A DNA stretch of 63,986 nt, filler included, from Octopus bimaculoides (Eukaryota): assembly GCF_001194135.2 (NCBI RefSeq). It is 5 parts of 5 records of this genome, joined end to end, with 100 filler letters (N's around TTAATTAATTAA, not from the genome) between each part and the next. Parts side by side here need not be neighbours in the genome. Positions count along the whole stretch, not along the records: positions 23,086 to 39,725 come from NC_068983.1; 4 more parts are not named here. One strand, written 5' to 3'. Shown here one piece after another: positions 23,834 to 37,820 of this stretch. The notes beneath the pieces were generated by a model. That model searched no databases. It was not told the DNA's origin and was given only the letters and a program-made list of their open reading frames with translations. The position numbers and the translations under genes were made by a program. Each line of letters opens with the position of its first letter. Position 1 is the stretch's first letter.

Positions 23834-26429
23834 TCTATATGTGCCAGTCCATGCACAGACAGACACATCTACACATACATATGCACAATAATTTCATGGT
23901 AATAACTCAAGAACTCGGTTTTAGTAGCAGCAGAAAATATAAAACGAAATAAGATTCATTGATAAAGCAATTATTTCCGCATATACCACTGTTATGACCA
24001 ATATCTTCAGCTGTCTTGACTACAAGACATATTACAGACTCTGCTGTATCTTTAATAGTTTCTTAGAAACTTTAGCAAAACTCTTTCTTATCGAATTAAT
24101 ATGCGGCTGATTTGTGTACTAAGATGAGTAAATATTGGACAAACCTAAACTTTTATTTATTAGCTCTATGAACCATCTATTGAATAATCCTATAATATTT
24201 ATTTCTGCTTGCTATGCGGTGTTTCATTGGTCGGGTGCTACACTTTAAATAAGCTTGATTATGGGATGAAATTGAAGACGATTTTAATAACTTTAACATA
24301 ATGAAACAACGTAATGGAAAACTATGAGTTTATGTAAGTAACAAGATTTAAAAGAGAAGTAAGCAAAATTTATAAAGATTAGCATTTACGGATTTGCTGC
24401 TAATCTCATTCTAATATCTCAAACTGGCTTTGTAACGTTGCTGCTTGCAAATGAAAGCCGCAGCTTCATAATCTTTTATCGTTTATCATTTACTCGCTTT
24501 AGTCATTAGACTGCAGCCATGCTGGTGAATCACCTTAAAGGGTTTTTAATCGAATGAATCGACTCTGGTACTTGGTAAACGCATGCGCACGCATGCGCAC
24601 ACATACACACACACCCACATAAAAAAGGCTTTTTGTGTTTAGTCTTACTGCTGGGCACATTGAGAAAGTACCTTCTACGAAATCAAGGCCAATCAATGCC
24701 TTATGTATGAATGAGAGACACAGATATTGTTGTGTACAAGTGGGTGTGTGTATGCACACATGTGTATAAATGAAATTGGCTTTCTGTTTGTCAATCAATT
24801 TATTTACCTATATATATATATATACATATATATATACACACGTATATGTATCGAGCGTGATCCTTGCCAGAGCAGCTGTCTGGCTTCCATACTAGTGGCA
24901 CGTAAATAGCACCATTTGAGCATGTTCTTTACCAGCATCGCCTTACTGGAACTTATGCTGGTGGCACGTAGAATCACCCACTACACTCTCAGAGCGGTTG
25001 GCGTTAGGAAGGGCATCCAGCTGTAGAAACTTTGCCAGATCAGATTGGAGCCTGGTGCAGCCATCTGGCTCACCAGTCCCCCGTCAAACCGTCCAACCCA
25101 TGCCATCATAGAAAGAGGACGTTAAACGATGATGATGATGATGTATATCACCTTATAAATTAATATATAAATATATATATCAAAGGCAGACACATATGTA
25201 TACGAGTCACCTACATGCTATAAAGAGATGCCAGCGTTTGAAAACAACATGAATCTGTTTCGCTTATTTGCACAATTACGACGCATGTTATTTTTATGGT
25301 GATATGTTCATTTCACATTGCTCCAGTCCACTTAGCTGGCAAAAAGAGTAACCCTGTGATGGACCGGTGTCCTGTCCTGGTGGGGAATTATATTCACCAT
25401 GGGAAACCAGGAAACTGGCCCTTATAAGTGGACATGACTCAGGATGATAGTTTTAGCTTTACTGTTAGTGTACTGCAGGTGAGTAGGTATATAGATACCA
25501 AATTCAGCATAAACCATAAATCCAATGCAGAGTTGACTGTTGGGTCCAGGTGTGACATTAGTATAAAGAGAAGAACACAAATTGGGTTTAATATTTACTA
25601 CAGCTGTTTCAGTAGAATTTTATTGATGTATTTATAGATTCCATCATAGCATAAATCCACCATTGTCAGGTAAAATTTTAAACAGGTGAGGTAAAACCTT
25701 GATGATGACTTATCCAACGATCAGCATGGTATTTCATAAGAGAATAATCAGATGTATGGAGAAATCAGAGAAACTGTGTTCGTTCTATTGCAAGCCGTTT
25801 CTCACAGTAAATATTAAAGTAAAAACCAGTTGTCCTTATTCTGAAAAGGAAGGCTAGAGGAACTGCAAAATGTTGTTATCCACGAGGAAGCATAAAAATT
25901 AGAATTGTTTACCCATTTGGAGAGGCGGGGAAGACGTCAGCAATCTTTATGTGGAGGAAGTTCAGATAATAGATAAAGGAAAAACATTGAAAAAAAAAGG
26001 TAGTTGGAAGCATCAGCTAATGTCTTGGTCTTTCATGATCTCCTCTCAGTAAGGCTTGCATAGAGATGAACCATTATATAAGAGCTTTTAACCCTTTAGC
26101 ATTTGAATAGGCCATATCTGGCCGAAATATTCTATCGGTTTTCCGTTCAAACTGACTAGATCCAAACTCTCACATCTGACCTACAATGTCATTCTGAAAG
26201 TAAACAGTTTATCAAAATCTCAAAGCCACACGATGATACAATGTTAATTCAAAACAATGTGAATAAATAAACATCACATTTAAGAGAATAATCTGAATGC
26301 TTAAGGGTTAATTAAGAAAGAAAGAACATTAAACCTTTAGAATTTAAGTTTAAAGCTCTTAATTTCCATTACTTAATTTTCTCTTGTACAATGCCATAGC
26401 AAACATAAGGACTAACTAAGTGTAATGGC

Positions 26430-26630
26430 TAGTACCGTGTGACTGGCCCTCGTGCCGGTGGCACGTAAAAGCACCCACTACACTCTCGGAGTGGTTGGCA
26501 TTAGGAAGGGCATCCATCTGTAGAAACTCTGCCAGATTAGATGGAGCCTGATGCAGGCTTCTGGCTTGCCAGTCTTCAGTCAAATCGTCCAACCCATGCT
26601 AGCATGGAAAGCAGACGTTAAACGATGATT
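26430..26630 (+). mobile_element. RTE-tail-like SINE, family D (other copies approx. 24860-25140 +, 26700-27050 -, 27320-27730 -, 30200-30440 -, 32220-32415 +, 34760-34940 +)
   Basis: ggcacgtaaaagcacccactacactctcggagtggttggcattaggaagggcatcc...ttaaacgatgat; (GAT)n tail. RTE link is inferred. Confidence 0.75.
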
Positions 26631-26682
26631 ATGATACTCAAATTCAACAATGAATAAAAGAAATAACAAGTAGGAAAATAAC

Positions 26683-26719
<37 letters not shown>

Positions 26720-26870
26720 TTAACGTCCATTTTCCATGCTAGCATGGGTTGGATGGTTTCACTGGAGCTGACAAGCTGGAGGGTTGCACCAGGCTCCAGT
26801 TGTCTGTCTTGGCTTGGTTTCTACAACTTGATGTCCTTCCAAATGCCAGTCACTTTACAGAGTGCACTGG

Positions 26871-27040
26871 GTGCTTTTTCCACGGCACCAGTATTAGTGC
26901 TTTTTTGCGTGGCACCATCACCGGTGCTTTTATACATGGCATCATCACCAGTGCTTTTCCCATGGCACCAACATTAGTGCTTTTTATGTGGCACCAACAT
27001 CAGTTGCGGCACCATCACTGGTGCTTTTTTGCACGACATT
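26871..27040. repeat. ~26-nt degenerate minisatellite (gtgcttttNNNNtggcaccaNNNNNa) x6-7 inside a family D SINE
   Basis: Direct reading of repeated units. Confidence 0.75.
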
Positions 27041-27289
27041 TAGCAGCTTTAGCTAAACATTTACATTTAACTGTGTCATTTGCTAATGTATATGTATATA
27101 TATATATATATAAATTCTATGTCTTTGTGCAGCTGAGGATTGCTCTGCATTTTAAGCTGATATAATGATTGCATTGTTCAATTAAACGGAGTTGCATGAA
27201 ATGATTGTACTGCATTACCTCTGGATATCCTTGTTGCTTATTTTGATTTATACATACATATATNNNNNNNNNNNNNAATATATATAAAA

Positions 27290-27320
<31 letters not shown>

Positions 27321-28356
27321 ATCATCATCATTTAACGTCCGCTTTCCATGCTAGCATGGGTTGGACTGGCGAAGCGGGTGGCTACACCAGACTCCAATCT
27401 GATCTGGCAGAGTTTCTACATCTGGATGCTCTTCCTAACGCCAACCACTCTGAGAGCGTAGTGGCTGCTTTTTACGTGCCACCAGCATGAGGGCCAGTCC
27501 GGCAGTACTGGCAACAGCCATGCTCAAATGGTGTTTTTTTATGTACCACATGCACAGGAGTCAGCCAGTGTTTTGTTCACATGTCACCGACACAAGTGCC
27601 AGTAAGGCGAAGCTGGAAACGATCGCGCTCAAATGGTCCTTTTTATGTGCCACCGGCACGGGGGTGAGACCACCGCTCTGGCAGTGATCCTGCTCGGATG
27701 GTGCTGTTAGCACTCCACTGGCACGGGTACCAGTATATATAATAATGTGTGTGTGTGTGTATCTGTGTGTGTGTGTGTGTGTGTGTGCACATGTGCACAC
27801 TTGTGTCAGCATGTATGGAAGCACATATGTAGATAGGCATGTTTTATAGACACAAACGCAATTTCAATACATTAATGAATTAATACAAAAAAAAAATAGA
27901 TATGCATATTTCTAAACCATAAATATTTATCATACGATCGAACTGGAAATAATGTCGAGCACATATTGTTTTTAACGTTTTAGTAATAATCAATAATAGA
28001 TTTGTATATTTACAATAGATCTCTTATTGGAATTATGATCTTAATTACAGCAAAGTGTACACATTGACATTGAATAGAATTCCAATTCCATGCCTGTGTG
28101 TTAAATGGTCAAAACAGCAAAACCAAACAGTGCAATTATGTTATTTATTAGATCTGTCTTACATTTTTATCTTTCATCTTTCACTTGTTTCCAGCACTGA
28201 ACTGTGGCCATGCTGCAGTACTGACTTGAAGGGTTTTAGTAGAAGAAAATCAATCCCAAGACATATTTATATAAATGTGATATTTTATCAGTCTCCTTTA
28301 TTAAACTGTTAGGTAAAGGGTGGAATAAGCAAGCATATTTTTATGATTACATATTA

Positions 28357-29114
28357 CAGGCATACCTCACCCTACATCGTTAATTGGTTCCAGGAGACAC
28401 GACTTAAGTAAAAAAAACGACTTAAGTTGAACTAACTTGTCTCTAGGCTAGGCTAGGCCGAATTAACTTTTCTCTAGGTTAAACCGATAATAACGATTCC
28501 CAGTTCTGTACTTTATTTATGAATGCATTTTCAATAACGCATGTTAATAAAAATCTATTTTAAGCTTTCAAACAAATAATTTTTATCTTTCAATATAGTA
28601 CAGTAAAAAAAAAGTAATCTAAATTTATGAATACAATTTGGCGATGTTTACCGTACATTGCAGATTTATGAAGGCAGTTTGCAATAAGACATGGTAAAAT
28701 AAAAGCCCTTTTTTAAGCTTAAAAAATAAATTCAGTAATTACTATTATTTTGCAATAGTAGGAAAAACTAAATTATTTTAAACTTATCAATACGAACATG
28801 AATAAGACAACACAGCTGATTTCAAAATTTCGTTCACTAAGCTACACTACTTTATGGTGTGTATCTTAACATTTACTGTACACATTTTAATATGATTTTA
28901 TATGCTTTTATTCTTATTTATTGAACTGTAACATGATTTTATGTACTTTAAACAGTCTTCTAGTGATTCTACGATTCCGATATTTGTGGTGGATAGACGT
29001 AAAGTCAAATAAAATTACTTGACTTGATTTTAATTTTTCCATGTATTATCTTTGAAAACTGACGTATATTCGAAAATGACTTAAATCAAAACGACTTAAG
29101 CCAAGATATACCTG
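28357..29114. mobile_element. Tigger/pogo-like non-autonomous element
   Basis: TA-CAGGCATACCTC ... GATATACCTG-TA, with internal acgacttaag repeats near both ends. Confidence 0.75.
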
Positions 29115-29694
29115 TATTTGGAATTGTGCACAAAATATTTTGTGTATTGTGGAAGTAGAACCAGTTTATTAGACAAATTTTTACAACAAAACCTTATATG
29201 GACCCTGATGAAAAACCACTGCTCTTGTGTCTGCTTTGGCATGATTTCCATGGCTGGAAGCCCTTCCTAACACCAACCACTTTACAGCATTTACAGGGTG
29301 CATATTTTATTCCTCCCAGCAGAAGTGAGAACATCACACAGCTCACAGGACTACAAAATGTGAGGTGTTGGGGCATGGTTTCATGCCCAGAGATAAGAGT
29401 TAAGGTATGAGAGATGGGGTGGGATGGAAAAGGTCCTTGTTGGAGAAGACCTAAACGACAAGCACACATTTACAAAAGGGAGATGCGACTAAAACAGTAA
29501 ATCCAACCTGTTTTATTTGCCACATCTTTGAAAACCTAATCATTTATTGGCACAGGTGTGGATGTGTGGTGAAAATGTTGCTTCTTAATCATATGCTTCC
29601 AGGTTCAGTTCCACTGTATTGCATTTTGGGTAAGTGTCTTATACTATAGCCTTGGGCTGACCAAAGTCTTGGTAGATGGAAACAGAAAGAAGCC

Positions 29695-29736
<42 letters not shown>

Positions 29737-30579
29737 NNNNNNNNNNNNNNNNNNNNNNNNNNNNNNNNNNNNNNNNNNNNNNNNNNNNNNNNNNNNNNNN
29801 NNNNNNNNNNNNNNNNNNNNNNNNNNNNNNNNNNNNNNNNNNNNNNNNNNNNNNNNNNNNNNNNNNNNNNNNNNNNNNNNNNNNNNNNNNNNNNNNNNNN
29901 NNNNNNNNNNNNNNNNNNNNNNNNNNNNNNNNNNNNNNNNNNNNNNNNNNNNNNNNNNNNNNNNNNNNNNNNNNNNNNNNNNNNNNNNNNNNNNNNNNNN
30001 NNNNNNNNNNNNNNNNNNNNNNNNNNNNNNNNNNNNNNNNNNNNNNNNNNNNNNNNNNNNNNNNNNNNNNNNNNNNNNNNNNNNNNNNNNNNNNNNNNNN
30101 NNNNNNNNNNNNNNNNNNNNNNNNNNNNNNNNNNNNNNNNNNNNNNNNNNNNNNNNNNNNNNNNNNNNNNNNNNNNNNNNNNNNNNNNNNNATATATAAT
30201 CTTTAACGTCTGTTTTTCATGCTGGCATGGATTGGATGATTTGACGGAGGACTGACAAGCCAGTAGGCTGAACCAGGCTCCGGTCTGATCTGGCAAGGTT
30301 TCTACAGTTGCATGCCCTTCCTAATACAAACCACTTTGAGAGTGTAGTGGGTGCTTTTTACGTGCCACCAGCATGGGAGCCAGTCCGGCGGCATGACATC
30401 GACCATGTTCAGAAGGTGTTTTTTACGAGCCAGTCAGGTGGACCTGGCAATGACTTACGCTTGAATGGTGCTAGTACTCTGTCACTTTTGTGGCCCCTAT
30501 TAATTTTGCCTTTAGGTTGTAGTTGCTAATAAGCCACCCTTTTAATTTATATACACTATGAATGTATGTATGGATGTAA

Positions 30580-30920
30580 ACACTGAACTGCAAAAGAAAC
30601 ACAAGATGTTTGTGACTGTGAAATATGTTTTAAATTCATTATGTCAGAGATAAATTTTGATAAACCTGATAAAGTCAATTTATTGGATGCACTTTGACCA
30701 GTCTATGGGTCATTATCATGTGTTTTGCTAGTGGGTGGATCCAGCACATCAAGATTGTAGGACGGGACATTTTCAACACCAAGTATGCTCTCCTTGGTTG
30801 TTCAAAAATGACCATACATCGTCGGTACATGGAGTGCACGAGGTGGTTCACAAAAGCCATTGGCACTTGTGCCCACACCCTGAACAAAGCTGCTTCCAGT
30901 TCCACATGAAATCTGGTGTG
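30580..30920 (-). mobile_element. Tc1/Tc3-like transposase C-terminal fragment
   Basis: ELEAALFRVWAQVP..NHLVHSMYRRC; TIR-like cactgaactgcaaaagaaac at the left end. Confidence 0.6.
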
Positions 30921-31447
30921 TAGATCAGCCGAACCGTTGTGTTAACAACAAACAAGAAGAGGTGTTGGTGCGTTTACATCCCTGTCACTTTGCAGTTCCA
31001 CAAAAGAGACCAATAAAAAAACGTACCAGGTTTTTTTTTAAAAATAGATACTAAAAGTAGTGTCCCAGAATGGCCGCAATCCAATGGCTGAAACTGGTAA
31101 AGTCTAAAAGATTTATGGTATCAGACTTGATAGTTTCATTCCCACTAATTAAAAAGGAACAGTTTTGCCTGTAACATTTCTTTGGTTTTGTTTGTTTTTG
31201 ATGTCTTCGATGAATTAATGAACTGCATGCTGCCACATTGATTTGTTTAGTTTAGTCTAGTTTCAAGATAATTCTAGGTCAGCCATGAAAATATAATGAC
31301 CTTTTAAGCATTGAAATACATCTGTTTCTGGCGGCAACGCAATGCAAACACTGGTAGGGTGTGTCTTTAATTGCTAACTAAATGGCTTCAAACGGATGTG
31401 GAGGGTCATTGAATATTCTGGTTATCAAATGGTAATTGGTATGTATG

Positions 31448-31478
<31 letters not shown>

Positions 31479-32636
31479 GTATGCATGTGTGTGTGTGTAC
31501 GTATATATGTATGTAATTATGTATGTATGTATGTATGTTTGTATGTATGTATGTATGCATGCATGTATGTATGTATGTATGTGTGTATGTATGTATGTAT
31601 ATACATACATACACACAGATATATACTCTNNNNNNNNNNNNNNNNNNNNNNNNNNNNNNNNNNNNNNNNNNNNNNNNNNNNNNNNNNNNNNNNNNNNNNN
31701 NNNNNNNNNNNNNNNNNNNNNNNNNNNNNNNNNNNNNNNNNNNNNNNNNNNNNNNNNNNNNNNNNNNNNNNNNNNNNNNNNNNNNNNNNNNNNNNNNNNN
31801 NNNNNNNNNNNNNNNNNNNNNNNNNNNNNNNNNNNNNNNNNNNNNNNNNNNNNNNNNNNNNNNNNNNNNNNNNNNNNNNNNNNNNNNNNNNNNNNNNNNN
31901 NNNNNNNNNNNNNNNNNNNNNNNCAGCAGGTCATTAAGAATGAAATGTCAGAGTTTGAACTGAAAATTTATTTTAATTTATCTGAACAAAAATCAGTAAA
32001 ATTAATCAAAGTATGCACCTAAATTATCAACAACAATTTTGCCATTTTATCAGTAGCTTATTTATGCTGACAGTGCAGAATTCTAGAGGGCAAGAGGTGA
32101 TGAAATCACGAAAGACTGTTTTTGCATCTTCTTCAGATTTGAAGTTTATTCCTTGCAAAAAGTTGTCTAATGCCTGGAAATGTGATAGTCAGTTGGTATA
32201 AGGTCTAGGGAATATGGTGGATGGCACCTAACTGGCCCCTGTGCCAGTGGCACATGAAAAGCACCCACTACTGTAGTTGGCATTAGGAAAAGCATAAAAC
32301 CTTACCAGATCAGACTGGAGCCTGGTGCAACCTCCTGGCTTGCCAGCCCCCAGTCAAACCGTCTAACCCACGCCAGCATGGAAAGCAGATGTTAAACGAT
32401 GATGATGATGATGATGCTATTGCTTTTCACAATGGTAGCATATCAGTTATGCTCACAGATGCTGTTGGATCAAGTCTCACAGACTGTCTTCACCATTTTC
32501 TGTCCGAGGGAATTTTTAGCCCAATATTTAAACATCATTATCTATAATTTTATCTACTTCAAGTTTCTCCATTAAAACCCATTTATTTCATCTTTTATAC
32601 TTTCTAAAATTCTTATGGTGCAAACAACACACATGT

Positions 32637-32672
<36 letters not shown>

Positions 32673-33074
32673 GAATAATAAATGCGCCCTTTTAAAGCCT
32701 AGCCAGGTTCGTGGGCCCGGTTTCCCGGTTTCAATGGCATATGTGTTCCCCAGCTGGACGGGACGCCAGTCCATCGCAGCGTTACTTATTTTTGCCAGCT
32801 GAGTACACTGGCGCAACGTGAAATGAAGTGTTTTGCTCAAGAATACAACGCGTCACCCGGTCCAGGAATCGAAACCACAATCTTACGATCATAGTACTGA
32901 CACCCTAACCACTAGGCCACGTGCCTCCACATATATATGATTGCAGAAATATTTTCCAAGGTGTTACAGTTCCCCAAGTTTCTATTTTCTCTATAAACCT
33001 GGCAAATATACAGTGCGTGTGTTTTTATTGGCTAAACTGGCAAGATGACCATTCCCAAGTACAACAACACACAC

Positions 33075-33115
<41 letters not shown>

Positions 33116-33168
33116 TGTGTGTGCGCACACACACACGCACACACACACACACATACACACACACACAC

Positions 33169-33199
<31 letters not shown>

Positions 33200-33657
33200 C
33201 AGCATTTAATATGATTTCAGAAATATTTTCCAAGGTGTTACAGTTCCCAAAGTTTCTATTTTCTCTATCGACAATGGTTTTTAAGAACGATTGTCTCGTC
33301 GATAACATTTTCATACACCCGATGTAAGACCAAGATCTTTATTTAATGACCGTGATGTCATAAAATTCACGCTTCACTTAATTCACTGGGAAGATATATT
33401 TTCTTCAGGCTGCACATTGGACTTGATAAGAAACTGGAGATTATTTCTCAGATAATCACACCTAGACAACAATATATGAAATCTTGTTTTCACGTCAAAC
33501 ACACCCATTGTCATTGATACGTTTATAATCTTTTATTGTTTCCAGTCTTTCAGTCTCTGGTAATTCTAAGACCCATCCTTCAAGGGTTTTATCACCTTAT
33601 ATCAAATCCTGTACCTTATATCGAATATGTCCTGACCAGTAGTGTAACTAGAGTCGG

Positions 33658-33701
33658 GGGCAAGTGCCCTGGGCAAGTGCCCTGGGCAAGTGCCCTGGGC
33701 A
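33658..33701. repeat. 13-nt tandem repeat (gggcaagtgccct)x3.4
   Basis: Perfect repeats. Confidence 0.9.
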
Positions 33702-35399
33702 CTGATTTAAGGAAGTGCAGAACTGATCCTAATACGATAAGCTTGAACTCCATATATAAAATTGCAATTTTAAAGATGGATCTGCAGCTGATCGTTTCAT
33801 GCGGTTATTGAAGGTAAACATGATATAATGGCTGTCAACATTCATGTCTGGACATTTTTACAATGGGCATAAAAAAAGGCTTCGTTACAGTAGATATTCA
33901 AAAAATATACTTTGAATTACAGGCTGTACTGAACCGAACCGGCAGGTAAAATGAACCCTGGTTAAGTATTTATTCCTAAAATATTCTTTCCTACTGTAGG
34001 CACAAGGCCCAAAATTTTTAGGGAGTGGGGGCCAGTCGATTAGATCAACCCTAGTACGTAATTGGTACTTAATTATTAACCCCGAAAGTATGAAAGGTAA
34101 AGTTGACCTCGGCGGAATCTGAACTCAGAACATGATGACAGATAAAATACCACTAAGCATTTCATCCAGCATGCTAATGATTTTTTTTTTCTTTTCTACT
34201 CTAGGCACAAGGCCTGAAATTTTGGGGGAGGGTGCCAGTCGATTAGATCGACTTCAGTATGCAACTGGTACTTAATTTATCGACTCTGAAAGGAAGAAAG
34301 GCAAAGTCGACCTCAGCAGAATTTGAACTCAGAACACGAAGACAGATGAAATACCACTAAGCAGTTCACCCGGCATTCTAACGATTCTGCCAGCCTTGAT
34401 TTATTCCTAAAATATTGCTTTAAAATATTAATTACTTGTAACACATTAGTACTATATAATATCATGGATTTCGTAATTGAGCATGGGGTGAATTTTTGCG
34501 GTTTTCCCCAGGTGCAGTATACCCTAGCTACGCCACCGACCCTGACATATCTTCACCATTATCTTATTTCATCCTTGTTCTTGTCTCTCCCCTATATTTT
34601 CTCTTTTCCAGCTGGAGTAGCCGTGTATCTCCTCTACAGTAAGGCATCCATTTTTGTCCTTCTATCACACTTTAACCTCTCATCCCCAGCACAATGCCAC
34701 CTCAATACTACTCCCCTACTCAATTGAGGAGTTTTGCCTTGCTATTTACTTAGTGACCTCACTAGTGCTGGTGCCACATAAAAAGCACCCAGTACACTCT
34801 GGAAAGTGTTTGGCTTTAGGAAGGACACCCAGATATAGAAACCATTCCAATGCAGACAATAAAACTCAGCACATTTGTCTGGCTTGCCAGTTCTAAAGCC
34901 ATTTACTCCGTGTCAGAATGAAAAACAGACATTAAGTGATGAGCATGGTGTTTATTCCGTTAATAACCATTTATTGAATGTTTAAAAATTTAACATTGAA
35001 ATGGCATTTGTACAAAAGTGGCTTGATCTTGTGTTGGCTTTGTTTTGAAACTGTAACAATTATATCATGAAAGCTAGAACAAATATTTGATATTTTATCT
35101 AATTATTACGATCAAACAAAGCTGTTCTCTTCATTTATTTCTGGTGGTATCAAAATGTTAGTCACATCTCACCGACCTGTTTATTTCTACAATTCCTGTG
35201 AAGTTGTAGTGCTCTTCTTTCAGTGACTAGAAATAAATGCAAATGAAAATAATGGTTCTCATTTTTCGTATGCTTGAAATGATTAAAATTTTACATTAGA
35301 TATAATTGCTAAACTTTATAACTCTCGTGTAAAGAGATGGACCTTGAATACTGTTATACAGAAAAACCCACATACCCGCACACATGGACATACGCTCAG

Positions 35400-35600
35400 T
35401 AAGTGTACAAGTCCACCTGGCTCATGGACAACAAGTGGACGCATGCAGTTAACGAGTAGTACCCAAGAAATTGGAAAAGGTCACTTGGAAGGCATCCACA
35501 ATGAGTGGGAGACAATTTAGTTAAGTAATTTGGGTCAAGATGGAAAAGAATGGCGTAATCAAGGCAAAATTGGAAGTGCATTGTGACCAGCGGTGTATAA
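35400..35600 (+). mobile_element. Decayed RTE-clade LINE C-terminal fragment
   Basis: MDNKWTHAVNE*YPRNWKRSLGRHPQ*VGD..FGSRWKRMA*SRQNWK resembles the RTE DNRWT..VTEWYPR..KR..GRPP.RW motif. Confidence 0.6.
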
Positions 35601-37371
35601 CATAATCTGATGATCTGGTCGATAGTTTAATGTTGTGATATTCTTTCTTTTTCTTTTATTCTTTAATTTGTTTCAGTCCGTGGTGGAGCACTAGCTTTAG
35701 TTGAGCGAACTGACCTCAGGACCTATTCTTTGCAAGCCTAGTGCTTATTCTATAAGTCTCTTTTGCCAAACCGCTAGGTTACAGACACACAAACACACCA
35801 GCATCGGTTGTCAAGCGATGTTGGGGAGGACAAATACAGACACTCAAACACACATCCACACACCCACACACGCACACGCACACACATACATATATATCAT
35901 CATCATCATCGTCATCATCGTCGTTAAGCTACTTACCACACAGCCACTCCTGTGCTTATATAACTGTTTATCTTAATTGTATAATATATATATATTATGC
36001 CCAAGGTGTCGTGCAGCGGGACTGAACCCCGGGACCATGTGGCTGGGAAGCAAACTTCTTACCACACAGCCACACCTGCACCTACCCACACATCCACACC
36101 TGTGCCCACTCACAGAGCCACGCCTGAGCCTATACAGATATCTGGAATAAATAAGAATGAATAAAGGAGAAAATATCAGATGATTTTTCTAAAAAATGAA
36201 ATTAAGCATCAGAGATGCACAAAATCAGAAGTGAATTCTGTTTTATTACATTAAAACATTAGTCTTGCTTATGATTGATTCTTTAAACTTTTATTTATTT
36301 TCTTGTCTTTAATAATATTTCATGTATTTATTATTTTATTTGTTCGTTTTCCTAACAGCGAGTACGACTAGGTCAAAGGTCAGAGACAAGAGACAATATA
36401 ATGTGTCTGAAGACAATCTATAAATATCACTAAATAACATTAACAGAAAATTTGTAATCTCACACATACAACAAAAAGAAAAAAAAATTATATAAGTATT
36501 AATTTGATAAATTATAATGTGAGAATGAGAGAGAAAGCGAAAGAGTGAGAGAGTGTGAAAGAGAGAAAGAGAGAAAGTGAGGGAGAGAGAGAGAAAGAGA
36601 GAGAGGTAGATTAATTGTGGAAATGGGTCGTTGAAGAAGAAAAGAAAAATTAATGGTTATTAAAGAAAGAAAAAAAAAAAGAATGAATGAAAAACCGGAA
36701 AAGAAAAGTAGCAAAATGGAAATATTCGTAAAAACACACAATGAATAAAAAATTAAAACAAAAATAACAACAGCTAAATAATTAAAAATAAAATAAGAAA
36801 TGTAAAATTTTTTTATTTATTTATTCATTTTTATTTTTTCTATTTATTTATTTATTTGTTTTTGTTTTTTTTGGCCATCAAGTAATCTTCATAATTGTTC
36901 AGAACTATATAATACACTTTCATTGAATATTTTCTTTAAGAAGGATTGTCCACTTGCTTAATTTACAAATTTCTGCTGCCTCGCACAGCCACCCCCAGCC
37001 CCACCCCGCACTGTTTCCAGGCCCTCCCAAAACAGTATGACATACACTAATGTGATTTCTTATTTAAACCTCACACACAACATTATCAATATGTTTTATG
37101 GTTTCACAGTTCATATTCAGGATTGTATGATGTATGATTTAAATAATGGTCTGTTTTGTTTTCGTTTTTATATCATTAAGACAAATTTGTGGTGAAATAT
37201 TTTTATATAAGAAATAGGCAAAGGCATGGCTGCATGGTTAAGAACTTAGCTTACTAACTACTTGGTTTTAGGTTCAGTCCCACTGTATGGTACCTTGGGC
37301 AAGTATCTTTTGGTATATCTCTAAGCAGATCAAAGTCTTGAGTAAGTTTGGTAGATGGAAACTAAAACTAA

Positions 37372-37820
37372 GGCAGTGAGCTGGCAGAACGGTTAGCACG
37401 CCGGGTGAAATGCTTAGCAGTATTTCGTCTGCCGCTATGCTCAGAGTTCAAATTCTGTCGAGGTCGACTTTGCCTTTCATCTTTTCGGGGTCGATAAATT
37501 AAGTACCAGTTACACACTGGGGTCGATATAATCGACTTAATCCCTTTGTCTGTCCTTGTTTGTCCTCTCTATGTTTAGCCCGTTGTGGGCAATAAAGAAA
37601 TAAGAATCGTTAGCATGCTGGGCGAAATGCTTAGCGGTATTTCGCCTGCCATTACGTTCTGAGTTCAAATTCTGCTGAGGTCGACTTTGCCTTTCATCCT
37701 TTCGGGGTCGATTAAATAAGTACCAGTTACGCACTGGGGTCGATATAATCGACTTAGTCCCTTTGTCTGTCCTTGTTTATCCCCTCTGTGTGTAGCCCCT
37801 TGTGGGCAGTAAAGAAATAG
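37372..37820 (+). mobile_element. Head-to-tail dimer of family A SINE (other copies approx. 10250-10440 -, 14855-15230 +, 33985-34400 -, 40250-40630 -, 41394-42065 +, 54150-54365 -)
   Basis: Two consecutive ~230-nt copies with A/B boxes. Confidence 0.85.

Noticed and set aside
23960-24012. Minus-strand CTGAAGA...GAAA spacing
   Set aside because: No stem I or stem II complementarity.
26871-27040. Repeat units with variable spacers, superficially CRISPR-like
   Set aside because: Degenerate units, spacers only 4-5 nt, eukaryotic SINE context, no cas genes.
36359-36435. Strong polypyrimidine tract and AG followed by short frames
   Set aside because: No donor, partner exon or recognisable peptide.
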